Shown here piece by piece: positions 29,721 through 40,210 of a stretch of 64,000 nucleotides of DNA (its first letter is position 1; every line of letters starts with the position of its first letter). The DNA comes from a virus. The stretch is taken from IMG/VR virus record IMGVR_UViG_3300048091_000427. The stretch is one strand, 5' to 3'. The notes under the pieces were generated by a model. It was not told the DNA's origin. It was given only the letters and a program-made list of their open reading frames with translations, and searched no databases. A program made the position numbers and the translations under genes.

Positions 29721-29729
29721 GTCCGCTGA

Positions 29730-30263
29730 TTATCGCAGGCACTTGTTCAGGCGCTCCTGCTCCTTGAGATTAGCCAGACGCAGTAAGCGGTTGATGTAGC
29801 CATTTTTGGCTTCACGCTCGGTTGGTAAGACGCGCCCCTGTTGCAGAGCATCCAAGAACTGCGCGGTGGTCACAGACCGGCTTTTGCCGTATTCGCAGCT
29901 GATCGTCAATTCCTTGCAATTGTTGACATGAAGGTGGTCAAAGAACTTGAGGATGGCCATCGCCTCGGGCAGCGTCATCGGGCAGTTAGGGTACTCACCG
30001 GCGCGTATAGCACGACGCAGGGCGTAGCCCTTGGCCCAGTAGGCCACTCGAGGCCCGCGTAGTAGCAACAGGGCGTACCACGCGTCAGAGACGACCTGGG
30101 TATCCAGATCCGAGGCCGTAATGACCAGAAGCTTCCCAGGGACGCTTACCGGGTGAGGCCGGCTGGTGCTGCTCGGTTCCACAAAGGCGATACGAGGGTG
30201 CGGCAATTCGCTGGCATCAAAGGACGGAGCGCAGCCATGACTTTCAGTGGTGATGGTGATCAT
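29730..30263 (-). CDS. protein-tyrosine/dual-specificity phosphatase-like protein (CX5R)
   Basis: Sequence LTISCEYGKSRSVT matches (I/V)HCxxGxxR(S/T) P-loop. Confidence 0.45.
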   Translation of the reverse strand: MITITTESHGCAPSFDASELPHPRIAFVEPSSTSRPHPVSVPGKLLVITASDLDTQVVSDAWYALLLLRGPRVAYWAKGYALRRAIRAGEYPNCPMTLPEAMAILKFFDHLHVNNCKELTISCEYGKSRSVTTAQFLDALQQGRVLPTEREAKNGYINRLLRLANLKEQERLNKCLR

Positions 30264-30539
30264 GCGGTTCCCACGGGTAATCTTAAGCCTGTTTCTCAGG
30301 CTCGTGCCTCAACATTGGCGAAGTATTGCACGCATCCCGTGGTGATACGAGCCAAGGATGAAGCTATTCGTCGCCTCCACCGAGCCTTGGCGACAGTGGC
30401 TTGCTTGTCCATTGCGCTCGATATCGCAGGTACTGGTTTGACTGCCATTTCATAGGTAGCGGGGGGATTGGCGCTGTCGGGCGTTGGCCGCCCATTAAAA
30501 AACCCAGGCAAGGCCTGGGTTCTTGGTGCTACCGATGAA

Positions 30540-31904
30540 TCACTGCTTAACGGACACGTCCAGCGAGAGATCTTTCAGCGACTTGGCTGCGATCACTTGC
30601 ATGTAGGTGTTCAGATCAGCCTGGCGGGAGCCGGCGCCATTGCCGTCGCCGCCACCGCCGAGCATTACACCCGGTACCGGCGCTTTAGCTGAGGCGTCAG
30701 CCCATGCACGGTTGGTCTCAACCCAGGCGTCGAGCTTCTGCTTCAACGCGCCGTCAGCAAGCAGGAGCGCTTTCTTGGCATAGGCTTCAGCATCGGCACG
30801 TTCTTTGGTGGTTTTCGCTTCGATCTGCGCTTTGTCAAAAGTGATCTGCGCAGTTTGTTTCTCGATCTCAGCGCGTTCTTTTTCACGACCGGCTTCAATC
30901 AGCACCAATTGACGCTTGGTTTCAGCCTGAGTGGTCATCTCAACCTGTTCCTTCAAACTCCCTTGGCGCTTTTCTTCCACTTCACGCTCACCGCGTGCTG
31001 TCACCAGGCGCTTCTGCTCTTCTTCTTTGGAGCGGTCGAGGCGAGCCAGCGACAGGTCGGCTTGAGATTTCTGAGCATTAACCATCCGGTCACGGAATTG
31101 CTGGTTCGGCGAAATATCCGTAATGGACGCCTCTGCCACTGACACGCCGAGTTTGCGGAACTGCTGATCCAGACGCACCGGAACACCATCGCGCATGACC
31201 TTTTCGGTAACGAATTTGGTCGTCACGTTGTCACCGTATTCGCCCTGCTCGGTACCAGCTTGGAGGATGGCGGTTTTGGTGGCACGCGGGTTGTTCTTTG
31301 TGATTTCGTTGCGGTTGACCAGGAAGATACCGTCCGAAATCTGGTCGCGGAAGTTGCTCGCAAATTCAGAGCGACCGCCCGAATAGAATTCGTCTGCCGT
31401 CATCATCTGAGCGGTGGACTGCAACGTATTCTTCATACTCGGAATCAAGGCCATCTGGATGAAGTTTTCTGGGTTCCGATAGCCACGTGCGATGGCTAAG
31501 AACTGATCACCTTTTGGCAAAACGATTCGCACGTTTGAGTCGACCGTCGCGGTCACGCCGCCCAGGAAAGTCACCGGGAACGAGGTGATCAGGGAGGCGC
31601 CAAGGCCGTCGAAGTCGCCCTTCAAGCGTAACGTTGATGGATCAGAAACGGATTGTGCCGTCATCTCCCTTGGCCAGGCGGTAGTTGACCCGAAGCCCTT
31701 GACTGCGTATCCAAGGGTGTCGACGACTTTCTCGGTACCCCAGATGGTACGGATGTGGGATTGGTATCCGGCTTCGTTGTAGTAGAGAAAGCCATCAAAA
31801 ATGGTGAAATAGCTGGCAACTGCCAGGACGCCAATGCCGGCCCACTTCAGGGTTTTCTTCTTGACACTCGGATCAACAGACTGAAATTCGCTCTTATCAA
31901 ACAT
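30540..31904 (-). CDS. SPFH/band-7 domain membrane protein with C-terminal coiled coil
   Basis: N-terminal TM, SPFH-like core, long E/K/R/Q-rich coiled coil. Confidence 0.55.
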   Translation of the reverse strand: MFDKSEFQSVDPSVKKKTLKWAGIGVLAVASYFTIFDGFLYYNEAGYQSHIRTIWGTEKVVDTLGYAVKGFGSTTAWPREMTAQSVSDPSTLRLKGDFDGLGASLITSFPVTFLGGVTATVDSNVRIVLPKGDQFLAIARGYRNPENFIQMALIPSMKNTLQSTAQMMTADEFYSGGRSEFASNFRDQISDGIFLVNRNEITKNNPRATKTAILQAGTEQGEYGDNVTTKFVTEKVMRDGVPVRLDQQFRKLGVSVAEASITDISPNQQFRDRMVNAQKSQADLSLARLDRSKEEEQKRLVTARGEREVEEKRQGSLKEQVEMTTQAETKRQLVLIEAGREKERAEIEKQTAQITFDKAQIEAKTTKERADAEAYAKKALLLADGALKQKLDAWVETNRAWADASAKAPVPGVMLGGGGDGNGAGSRQADLNTYMQVIAAKSLKDLSLDVSVKQ

Positions 31905-32246
31905 GCTTGTCTTACCCTCAGCGGACTGTAATAAACCATCAACTGGTAGTTCGTGCGCACAGAGGCGCCCGGTCTAACCAAGTTATTGCTTTCGTCAAAT
32001 CTGATGGCGGGATCATAGGCCAAGCGGAAACTGAAAGGAATACAAACAATACATAAAAATTGACAATCTATTGATTTAACAAATTAGGTTAAGTTGTTAA
32101 TCGGATGATGGAGCAGGGCGATATTAATATCGTTTTGATATCTTTAGTTTGCTCTAATGGATGATGGCTTACTAATATAAAAACTGGCGCTTTCTCACGA
32201 AAACACCAGTAATTAAAGGGATTGCGGATGAGTGTGGATCTGGCGT

Positions 32247-32639
32247 TTATTGCATGCCGAGACGGGTGAAGATGGCGTTAAGTTTTTCCTCCAGCACGGC
32301 AGCGGTGAAGGGCTTGACCACGTAACCGCTCACGCCGGCCTGGGCGGCTTCAATGATCTGCTCGCGCTTCGCTTCAGCCGTCACGAGCAAAACAGGTAGA
32401 TCTTTTAACCCTTCTGTAGCGCGTACCGCCTTCAGAAGTTCTAACCCAGTCATTACAGGCATGTTCCAGTCGGTTACCAGAAAGTCGAACTTGCCGGCCT
32501 TCAGTTTGGCGAGGGCCTCGCTACCGTCCTCAGCTTCTTCGATATTGTTGAAGCCGATGTCTCGCAGGAGAGATCGAACGATTCGGCGCATGGTAGAAAA
32601 GTCATCGACCACGAGAAAACGCATGTTCTTATCTACCAT
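32247..32639 (-). CDS. cheY: chemotaxis response regulator CheY homologue (stand-alone)
   Basis: Near-complete identity of motifs with E. coli CheY: [42 protein letters not shown]. Confidence 0.85.
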   Translation of the reverse strand: MVDKNMRFLVVDDFSTMRRIVRSLLRDIGFNNIEEAEDGSEALAKLKAGKFDFLVTDWNMPVMTGLELLKAVRATEGLKDLPVLLVTAEAKREQIIEAAQAGVSGYVVKPFTAAVLEEKLNAIFTRLGMQ

Positions 32640-32740
32640 GAACCGCCCCAACTTGCTGATAATTAGAATCCGCTCAATGTATGATAATTTTATCCGCGTT
32701 TCCAGCCGCTTTATCCTTGCAGCGACGGTTGGAGATGTTT

Positions 32741-32757
32741 TTGTCAATTGTTGACAA
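32741..32757. promoter_or_regulatory. perfect 7-3-7 palindrome TTGTCAATTGTTGACAA in cheY / divergent-gene intergenic region
   Basis: Inverted repeat seen directly; overlaps -35-like TTGACA elements for both divergent genes. Confidence 0.4.
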
Positions 32758-32777
32758 ACAGTCAACGGAGTTAGTGC

Positions 32778-33254
32778 GTGGAACCCTTATCCAAATCCGA
32801 CGTAAGTGCGGTCTACCCACCGCGTTACGAGCTTAATCAAGAAACGTTCTCTATCGCGCAGGGTCTGATTCGTGACCTCTGGAATGAGCGCCGCCTGGAA
32901 CATGGCCTGCCACCGACGGATGATCGCTCAAGCAGCTGCAAATTTGCCTCATTGATCGCCAGGGAGCTCTTTGGCGGGCGCCTTGCAGGAAATGAGATGC
33001 ACGTTTTTGTGCTGAGAGATGGGGCAGTGCTCGATCTAAATGAGGAGCAGACGGATGTCCTGCTCTTGGCGGAGCAGGCTCATCATGAGATACCTAAGTG
33101 CATTCAGCACCGCGATTACCGGGCATCACTCGGCACTTGCATGCCCCGTGTGAGGCATTGGATTAAGGTGGCGGAGGAGCGCATGCCGGCGACAGCGCGA
33201 TTAGATCGCGCCCTGGTAGTGGGGCTTGATGAGTGCGAAGGCCTAATTATCTGA
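32778..33254 (+). CDS. hypothetical protein, possible Cys-His-Asp hydrolase
   Basis: Conserved-looking SSSCKFASL ... NEMHVFVL ... D arrangement; speculative. Confidence 0.35.
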   Translation: MEPLSKSDVSAVYPPRYELNQETFSIAQGLIRDLWNERRLEHGLPPTDDRSSSCKFASLIARELFGGRLAGNEMHVFVLRDGAVLDLNEEQTDVLLLAEQAHHEIPKCIQHRDYRASLGTCMPRVRHWIKVAEERMPATARLDRALVVGLDECEGLII

Positions 33255-33301
33255 TCAATTGCCAAAGTGCGCCGTCATAGTCGCCGACCATCACCCCGGC
33301 A

Positions 33302-34180
33302 TCAACCGGAAAACACGAAAAGACTGATGATCATCAGGCCCAGGAGCACGGCATCCCTCAGATTGTGCGTTTTCTGTTTTTCAACGATCCAGGAATAGGC
33401 GTAGCTCACGAAGATGAAGCCAACACTCCTGATGATCGTGTAGGTCTCAATCGTGGAGTGCTTGATGACATAGCTGCTGATGTAGAGCGAGACCACAAAG
33501 CAAAAAACGATTTCAGAGATCGGCCTAATCTGCAGGTTGGCGTCTCTGATACGCTTATGCTCACCGTTGAACAAGGCCAGGCCCAAGAACGAGATGGCGC
33601 TGAACACACTGGCGGCAATCAGGTAGTTAATTGCGTTGTATTCCTGAACCAGCCGGCCACCCAGGATGATCGCAACGGAACCGAACACGATGTTGGCCAC
33701 CAACAGATCCGGACGATGGCAGGTCTTGTTTCTGAGCTTTCTGGCGTAGAAAAGGAAGCTCAGTACCAGCATGCAGCCGACCAGGGCGTACTTGGAATAT
33801 GGGCTGCTGTACGTTTCCACTACCGCATATTTGAAATTAAATACATCGGTGAGCAACGGGGTCAGAATCGGTATCGCAGAGATTATCAGGAAGCTGGAGA
33901 AGTAGAAAACCTCCATGTTTTTCTCGTTCTGTTTCCGGCCTTCGACCTGAACCATCAGCATCACGATGTTAAAGACTTGCGCCAGATAAAATCGGTAGTC
34001 GGTGAGGAAATCAAACGAGTCAGTGGTGATCTCGCTGCCATTCACGGCCAGCAGGATGAGAGAGCCACACAAGCAAATGATGACAGAGCAGGTGTATTTG
34101 ACCGTATAGAACTTGTTCTGAATTTTTTGAAGGTGTAGGGCCAGGGCCAGCCCCACAAAAAGCATGGTGTAGATGAGCAT
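33302..34180 (-). CDS. polytopic membrane protein (low-GC)
   Basis: About 9-10 hydrophobic helices, AT-rich codon usage. Confidence 0.5.
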   Translation of the reverse strand: MLIYTMLFVGLALALHLQKIQNKFYTVKYTCSVIICLCGSLILLAVNGSEITTDSFDFLTDYRFYLAQVFNIVMLMVQVEGRKQNEKNMEVFYFSSFLIISAIPILTPLLTDVFNFKYAVVETYSSPYSKYALVGCMLVLSFLFYARKLRNKTCHRPDLLVANIVFGSVAIILGGRLVQEYNAINYLIAASVFSAISFLGLALFNGEHKRIRDANLQIRPISEIVFCFVVSLYISSYVIKHSTIETYTIIRSVGFIFVSYAYSWIVEKQKTHNLRDAVLLGLMIISLFVFSG

Positions 34181-34330
34181 TCTTCTACCTGCGGTTCAGT
34201 ATGAGCCTCGCGTCTTTGTCGTGCCCAGCTCATGATACCAGCCCAAAGGTTAACGCCACCATTCAGCTGATTGGTATTTTCCATGATATCTTTCTGCCCT
34301 ATTAGTCGGTAACGCAGGAGCGCCTGACCC

Positions 34331-34993
34331 GTGATAAGTCCGTCCGAAAGTATGTTCGTTTTCGCTGCTGTCCTCTTTGTTTTTTCGGTCATCATCAGTC
34401 TAGCGCCAGTCATGGAAACCAGCGGGGTCGGCCTATTGGGCGCAATATCCTCGCTGTGTTTTCTAAGTTTTGCGTCATTGGCTGATCCGCAGGGGTTAAT
34501 GAGTTCGGCGGGCATCGTCGGGTCACTGCTCCTTATTGGCATTGGCATCTTCACGTTGGACTCCTGGAATCCGGTCGAGCGCCATCGAGCGAAAGTTGCA
34601 GCTCGTGAGCGCTTTCCCTTGGCCTCCACGAAACAGATCAAGGCGGTTGTCGCCAAAGTGCTCAGTGGCACGTCTGTGTCGATGTTCAGCCTGCTGGATG
34701 GGCGGATTCTGCACAATCGTGGTCAGCACTCGACTTGGTGCGCCGAAGACGGTCGTTGGCACCCAGCGTCCACGCGGGCTGCGAATTACTACGAGGTCGA
34801 GCAGCAGCTCATCGCGAAGGTAATCGCCCTAGCGCCGTCGAGACTGCCACAAGAGGCCATGCGTGAGCTCTGCGTCAACCTGTACTTTAACTGGACAATT
34901 GCCGACCACGAGTTTGATGGTGGCCTGTTGACAGTGATTCTTGCCCGTCGCAGGGAAAAGAAGATGAAGCAATACACGTGCATCCAGAGTTAA
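34331..34993 (+). CDS. membrane-anchored hypothetical protein
   Basis: Three N-terminal TM helices plus soluble C-terminal domain. Confidence 0.4.
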   Translation: MISPSESMFVFAAVLFVFSVIISLAPVMETSGVGLLGAISSLCFLSFASLADPQGLMSSAGIVGSLLLIGIGIFTLDSWNPVERHRAKVAARERFPLASTKQIKAVVAKVLSGTSVSMFSLLDGRILHNRGQHSTWCAEDGRWHPASTRAANYYEVEQQLIAKVIALAPSRLPQEAMRELCVNLYFNWTIADHEFDGGLLTVILARRREKKMKQYTCIQS

Positions 34994-35102
34994 CTGTCCT
35001 AGCAGCCCGCTCCAAGGCGCGGGTGCTGTGATCAAGACCTGGCGAGGGCAATGCACCGGTTGTGGTGCGGCACCTCCCAAAAGCGACCATAGGAATTTGT
35101 GA

Positions 35103-35396
35103 ATGATCTCTGAACTGAACTCCGGCAGTCCATGCGAACCGGACACTCACGATAAAGCTAAGGCATTGAGGAAACTCGAGCATGGGGCTGCCTTCCCATA
35201 CGATGGTGACAGCGATAACCCGACGCCAGCGACGGACTGGGCGCATGCGGCTGCACGTGGCGTTCTGGCCAACCTGCTTGACCGGGGAGGGGTCGGTAAT
35301 GCTCTGGAGGATCTGGATGAAGAGCTGCGTGACGAAATTGTCAGCGAGCTTTCGCTGATCATCCGTCTGGCGCCTTCACAGCCAAAGGGGGAATAA
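35103..35396 (+). CDS. small acidic hypothetical protein
   Basis: ORF whose stop abuts next start (35396/35399). Confidence 0.35.
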   Translation: MISELNSGSPCEPDTHDKAKALRKLEHGAAFPYDGDSDNPTPATDWAHAAARGVLANLLDRGGVGNALEDLDEELRDEIVSELSLIIRLAPSQPKGE

Positions 35397-35398
35397 TT

Positions 35399-35944
35399 TT
35401 GGGAACCTACATCACTACGGTCGCGGAAGTGCGGAGCCCCGACGGCTGGAAGGCGAACGCCAAGAGCATATTCGCCAACGAAGTTCTTGTGGATTCACCC
35501 CCGCGTTTGACGCACAAGCCATTCATTTGCCAGAACTATACTTTCTACTCGTTGTTGGCCGGCGTTCGTGTTCGGGATCATGGGATCACATCCATCGCAC
35601 CAGGCCGAAACCTGCCAGCAGATGCGGATGACGATTCCCTGGTCGAATTGCTGGGCAGCTGGGATACAGGCAATCATTGGTTCGAGCCCGATCTCGAAAC
35701 GGAGATGACTGTGTATGACAAGCAACGAAACCGAGCTGATTGCGAGCAGTATGGATTTTCCTGGGTCACCGCCGCCGAGTTGATGGCTGTCGACTACGAC
35801 GCTTTGATAACTTCCATTGACGAGCCGACCATCGTCCGCTCGCTGCGCAGCCAGCTTGGGAAGAGTTATTTTCAGCACCTTGAACTACTGAGCGCGCTTG
35901 GGCCCCCTGAAGACGTCAGAGTTTTGTTCGGGTTCACTGGCTGA
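35399..35944 (+). CDS. hypothetical protein (181 aa)
   Basis: Translationally coupled with preceding ORF. Confidence 0.4.
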   Translation: MGTYITTVAEVRSPDGWKANAKSIFANEVLVDSPPRLTHKPFICQNYTFYSLLAGVRVRDHGITSIAPGRNLPADADDDSLVELLGSWDTGNHWFEPDLETEMTVYDKQRNRADCEQYGFSWVTAAELMAVDYDALITSIDEPTIVRSLRSQLGKSYFQHLELLSALGPPEDVRVLFGFTG

Positions 35945-36183
35945 ATATGCGTGCGCCAGCCCCAATGGGGTCGGCAGCACGCATCCAAATGCACACCCAT
36001 CAAAAGCCCGGTCTGGAGGGGTCTAACCTTCCGTCGCCAATCCTCAATGCCGTATACCAGAAAGTCAGGAAACGGCACCATTTGCCTTGCTTCTTTGCAT
36101 TATAATCGTGATGATGGCTTCGGGACATTAAGTCCCTTTTTTGCCCGCTTTTTCCTTTATTTTCAGAGCCATAAGGACAATTC

Positions 36184-38247
36184 ATGTTTGACGACAAGGA
36201 AATGCTGTACCAGATAGCCCTCGAGCACCCGGTGCACCGCTGCATGCTCCCGGACAGATTTCTGCTCGACGCGACCCGTGATCGCGTATGGTCAGCGCTA
36301 CTCGGGGGCAAGGCCGCCATTCGAGACCTGGCTCAGCGCCTACGCAAATCGTCCCACATTGAGGCAGTGCCACGGGAAGCCCGTAGACGCATGGCTGACG
36401 AAGCGATCATTGCGATGCTGATGGTTTCTCACGAGGCTCGAACGATGCTCACCCAGACCGGTACTCTAAACCCGGAAGAGTGGCATGACATCATCTTCAA
36501 CGGTCAGACCAAAGCGCTTTCAGGAAAGACCCCGAAGACGAAAAATTGGGCACTTAAGCTGGAAAACTACGACTTCGAGGTGACCAGAGGGTCGGTTGAG
36601 AAGGCCATGCTGGAGTTACTTCACCCCTATACCGATGTCGATTTTTACCGGGGTCTGGGCCAAACGGAAAAAGACTGCGCAGATTTTGTTATCAACGTCT
36701 CGCTCTGCAATCTGATGAGCATCGATCTCAATTTCGTCAGTGATTTCCTCGAGCAATACCAATTTCTGATGGAACGCCAGACGGCATTTGCCATGGGCGT
36801 CACGCGTGCGGTGGTGGAGGGCGGCTCCCCAGGTGCCCAGTTCGACATCCTTACGCCTCCTACTGATATGCCTTATCCGCTTTACTGGCGCGGTTGCTTA
36901 AAAGTTATGCACGACATGACGCCCAGCAAGGGGCAGGAAATGTCGTTCAGAAACCTTATTCTCAATGCCGATGTGCTACTCAGCCTAACCACCAACGAGA
37001 GTCATGGTATTTGCTCGGTCATTCGCAATCGGATGGAAAGCGAAGAGCAATTGCTGCTCAAGGGGCTTTCTCGGCTGGGTGCCGAGGTGGAAGAGTCCGG
37101 GCTTCAAGTGGCTCAGGAAACCTGGAAATATGCCATTGATACCCTTGAAAGCCTTCCGCCGCTCCCAGCCTTTCCACCCTTATCCAAAAAGCTCCTGAAT
37201 GCATTGGAGCGCTACACGCTTGAACGATCCGACATTTGCCGTAAAGCCGATCCTGATCCAGATGCCTTTATCAGCTCCCTGTATGCAATCAAGGATATCA
37301 AGGTAGCCATTACCGAAGAGATCTCGAAGTCCAATACTGACGTTAGCAAGATAACCGAACTGACGACGCAACTGTCGGAACAGACAACCATGTTCCAAAC
37401 ATCGGCGGCGCAGTTTGGGGACATGTACACCGGCGTACTCAAGGTCTGCCTGGACTTGCGCGAAAAGCTAAAGGAGTTCGCTGAGAACAAAGCGCCTGAG
37501 GCCGCGACAGTTCCAACGCCTGAGCCCGAGGCGACACCTGAAGCCCAAGAGCCAGCGTATCCGGATCTTCGTGAAGAGCTTAAACAGTCCGAGCAGGAAA
37601 AGCTGACACTCAATGACAAACTGTCATCCCAAGTGCAGCTGAACGTGTCCAACAGCACGCTGATCGATAAACTTACGTCAGAACTGACCGAGTGCCGGGG
37701 CAACAACCACAAGCTCAAGCAGCGTCTGAATTTTCTTCCCAAAGTCGTGGAAGAGCCCGAGATCGAGGCACCTCTTCCGCTCGACCTCTTCAAGAAGATC
37801 ATTACCGGTGGCAAGCCAAGTCCCTTGGAAGTCCTCACGTTTTTCGAGATGGAAGCCCAGGATCGGGTTGTTGTGCTCCCCAGTGCCAAGGTGTCGGCAG
37901 ACGAAGCGAATGACTACAAGCACGGCTATCGCCTGGCCGGCCTGGTTCAGCGTTTGATCTACCCTTACTTTGATGCCATTCAGTCGGGTAACGCGGATTC
38001 CGTGGCACGTAAGATTTTGGGCGATAACTACGCGGCTAAGGAGTCCCAAGGCGTTGAACAAAGCCGTAGTCTCAGGTCTCAGCGCGAGTTTTATTACAAC
38101 GGCGAACCGCACTATTTCGAGCGCCATCTGACCTTGGGCCGTAACTACGGAACGGCGGACTCGGTTCGACTTTACTTCGATATCATCGACGGTAAGGTCG
38201 TTATCGCCTACTGTGGTAAGCACCTGGATTCAGTGCAGACCAACTGA
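36184..38247 (+). CDS. large coiled-coil hypothetical protein (687 aa)
   Basis: Central E/K/Q-rich coiled coil, Pro-rich linker; TATAAT at 36101-36106; terminator 38270-38297. Confidence 0.5.
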   Translation: MFDDKEMLYQIALEHPVHRCMLPDRFLLDATRDRVWSALLGGKAAIRDLAQRLRKSSHIEAVPREARRRMADEAIIAMLMVSHEARTMLTQTGTLNPEEWHDIIFNGQTKALSGKTPKTKNWALKLENYDFEVTRGSVEKAMLELLHPYTDVDFYRGLGQTEKDCADFVINVSLCNLMSIDLNFVSDFLEQYQFLMERQTAFAMGVTRAVVEGGSPGAQFDILTPPTDMPYPLYWRGCLKVMHDMTPSKGQEMSFRNLILNADVLLSLTTNESHGICSVIRNRMESEEQLLLKGLSRLGAEVEESGLQVAQETWKYAIDTLESLPPLPAFPPLSKKLLNALERYTLERSDICRKADPDPDAFISSLYAIKDIKVAITEEISKSNTDVSKITELTTQLSEQTTMFQTSAAQFGDMYTGVLKVCLDLREKLKEFAENKAPEAATVPTPEPEATPEAQEPAYPDLREELKQSEQEKLTLNDKLSSQVQLNVSNSTLIDKLTSELTECRGNNHKLKQRLNFLPKVVEEPEIEAPLPLDLFKKIITGGKPSPLEVLTFFEMEAQDRVVVLPSAKVSADEANDYKHGYRLAGLVQRLIYPYFDAIQSGNADSVARKILGDNYAAKESQGVEQSRSLRSQREFYYNGEPHYFERHLTLGRNYGTADSVRLYFDIIDGKVVIAYCGKHLDSVQTN

Positions 38248-38471
38248 TCCCCGCAATGTTATGCAAACCACAAGAGGCGCTTCGGCGCCTCTTTCTGTCT
38301 GAACCGATAGCATGGAAGTTAGTGCTTTAGGCGCAAGTAGCTATGCGGCCCTTCTTTACCCTGTTGCTCCACAGCAATAATGGAAAGAAATTGTGCATGT
38401 ACAGCATGAGTGTCATTCAAGTTTTCAGCACTTGAAGCCAAGACACGCTGTACTGAGCCAAGGGGGTTTCG

Positions 38472-39410
38472 GTGCAGCCAGGTGCGTCATGGTCTTCGAC
38501 CATTTTACAAAGACTAGGCGTCTCACAAGCCACCGTAATTGATGTTGGTCAAACGTTCAGGGCCATTGGCGTTGCATGTTTTTTGACGGCATCACTGGCC
38601 ATGAGCGGCATTCCATCGACCGCCCATGCTGGAACAGTCGACAAAGCGTGGACGGATTCTGAGCTTGATTACATTGGTAGCCAGGCCGAGCCTGCCAGTA
38701 TTGGCCGGCAAGGTTTTCACACCTATGGTCGATACCGTACGGCAGAAACTGCACGCAAAGGTGCTTTTGATGCAATGATCGCCGGCGCCGGCAGGCTTTC
38801 TACTAGCCAGAAGTTAGAAACGGTAAACAATTTCTTCAATGAGCGGGTGCTGTACCAGCGCGACGCTGAAGCCTGGGGTAAAAATGATTACTGGGCCACG
38901 TTGGGGGAGACTCTGACGAAGGGCGCCGGGGATTGTGAGGACTTTGCAATTGCCAAGTACTACACCCTGCAGAAACTGGGGATCGAGCAGAGTCATCTCA
39001 GGATGGTTTACGTTAAATCCAGTCAGTTTCCCGAGCCACACATGGTGCTGTCCTATGCCGAAAAGCGAGGCAGCGACCCTTTGATTCTGGATAACATCGA
39101 GAAAAGCATCAGCCGGCTCTCAAGTCGTACTGACCTTTTTCAGGTGTACTCGTTTAATGATGCAGGCGTCTACCTGCCAGGCAAGGAAACCAGCCTTGCC
39201 GGCCCCGAGCGACTGTCAAAGTGGGTGGCCGTGATGAATAGAGCCGCCAGTGAGGTACCAAAAAAAATTCAGGTCGCAGCAGAGCAGAGCAAGCCAATGG
39301 ATCTGACGATGCTTACGACGGATGACATCAAGCAGTCGGCCACAATCGGAAGCCACCTGAAGTCTAGAAACAAGCGTTCATTGGAAACTGACGAGCCTGA
39401 CCTCAAATGA
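38472..39410 (+). CDS. transglutaminase-like cysteine peptidase (BTLCP-type), exported
   Basis: N-terminal hydrophobic signal, GAGDCEDFAIAKYY ... HMVL catalytic Cys/His arrangement. Confidence 0.6.
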   Translation: MQPGASWSSTILQRLGVSQATVIDVGQTFRAIGVACFLTASLAMSGIPSTAHAGTVDKAWTDSELDYIGSQAEPASIGRQGFHTYGRYRTAETARKGAFDAMIAGAGRLSTSQKLETVNNFFNERVLYQRDAEAWGKNDYWATLGETLTKGAGDCEDFAIAKYYTLQKLGIEQSHLRMVYVKSSQFPEPHMVLSYAEKRGSDPLILDNIEKSISRLSSRTDLFQVYSFNDAGVYLPGKETSLAGPERLSKWVAVMNRAASEVPKKIQVAAEQSKPMDLTMLTTDDIKQSATIGSHLKSRNKRSLETDEPDLK

Positions 39411-39435
39411 CATCAGACCCAACGGTGCGGAACCA

Positions 39436-39834
39436 CTAGTTGCGCTCGAAAAAGCAGCTTGTGAGTGAAGCCGCTTGCCGTAGCACGCCTATCCGGCTTT
39501 CGCTAAGCCCGTTGCGCAGCTCGCCGAGGTAGACACCGCTGAGCGGCGATTTGAAGTTGTCCAGGTGTCCGGACTGGCCCTGACGAAGCGCAGAATCAAC
39601 CACCAGGTTGATCATGCTGGACATGCCGATTCCAGCTTTTCCAAACAAAGCCCGCAGGCGCGACGGACTTAAAGTCTTTAGGGCATCACAACCATCCTGA
39701 TCAAAAGCAATCACTGCGACCGTCATACGTTCGCCGGAGCCCATGACGGGCTCCATGTAGATTGCCCGCCATTGCGCTTCATGAGAAGGCAGGGGCGGTA
39801 GCTGATCAAGAATCGATTGATGAATGGTGTCCAA
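39436..39834 (-). CDS. hypothetical protein (132 aa)
   Basis: ORF only. Confidence 0.35.
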   Translation of the reverse strand: MDTIHQSILDQLPPLPSHEAQWRAIYMEPVMGSGERMTVAVIAFDQDGCDALKTLSPSRLRALFGKAGIGMSSMINLVVDSALRQGQSGHLDNFKSPLSGVYLGELRNGLSESRIGVLRQAASLTSCFFERN

Positions 39835-39856
39835 GGTCGCGGCCTGCGGTCAGTGA

Positions 39857-40120
39857 TTACTTGGTAGCGGGCGCGTCGGATTCGTTACCTTCGAGTTTCA
39901 GCTTTTCGGTAACAGCGGTAGCCTGCGTCTGCGCCGCAGGAGCTTCGACTGGTTCTGCCACGGCGCCTTCTGGCGCTGCGGCCACTGGGCTTTGGGTTTC
40001 GGCAGCAGGGCTAACTTCGCTCTGCTTTTCCTGCTCGGAGGCGCGGTGAAGGTAGCAGGCAGCCGAACCGATCAGACCAACAACGGCGACCGACAACAGA
40101 ACAACAATAGACTTACGCAT
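39857..40120 (-). CDS. small exported Ala/Pro/Glu-rich protein
   Basis: Signal MRKSIVVLLSVAVVGLIGSAA then low-complexity region. Confidence 0.35.
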   Translation of the reverse strand: MRKSIVVLLSVAVVGLIGSAACYLHRASEQEKQSEVSPAAETQSPVAAAPEGAVAEPVEAPAAQTQATAVTEKLKLEGNESDAPATK

Positions 40121-40210
40121 GCGAAAATATACCCGTGAATGACTGAAGTGTTGCTCTGGCAATTAACGCATAATCTTTTCGGCACCTCAAGTGTTGGTTT
40201 TGACAGCAAG

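Noticed and set aside
33365-34138. 257-aa + strand ORF opposite the polytopic membrane gene
   Set aside because: Membrane-protein reading frame on the minus strand is far more convincing; this frame is charged low-complexity
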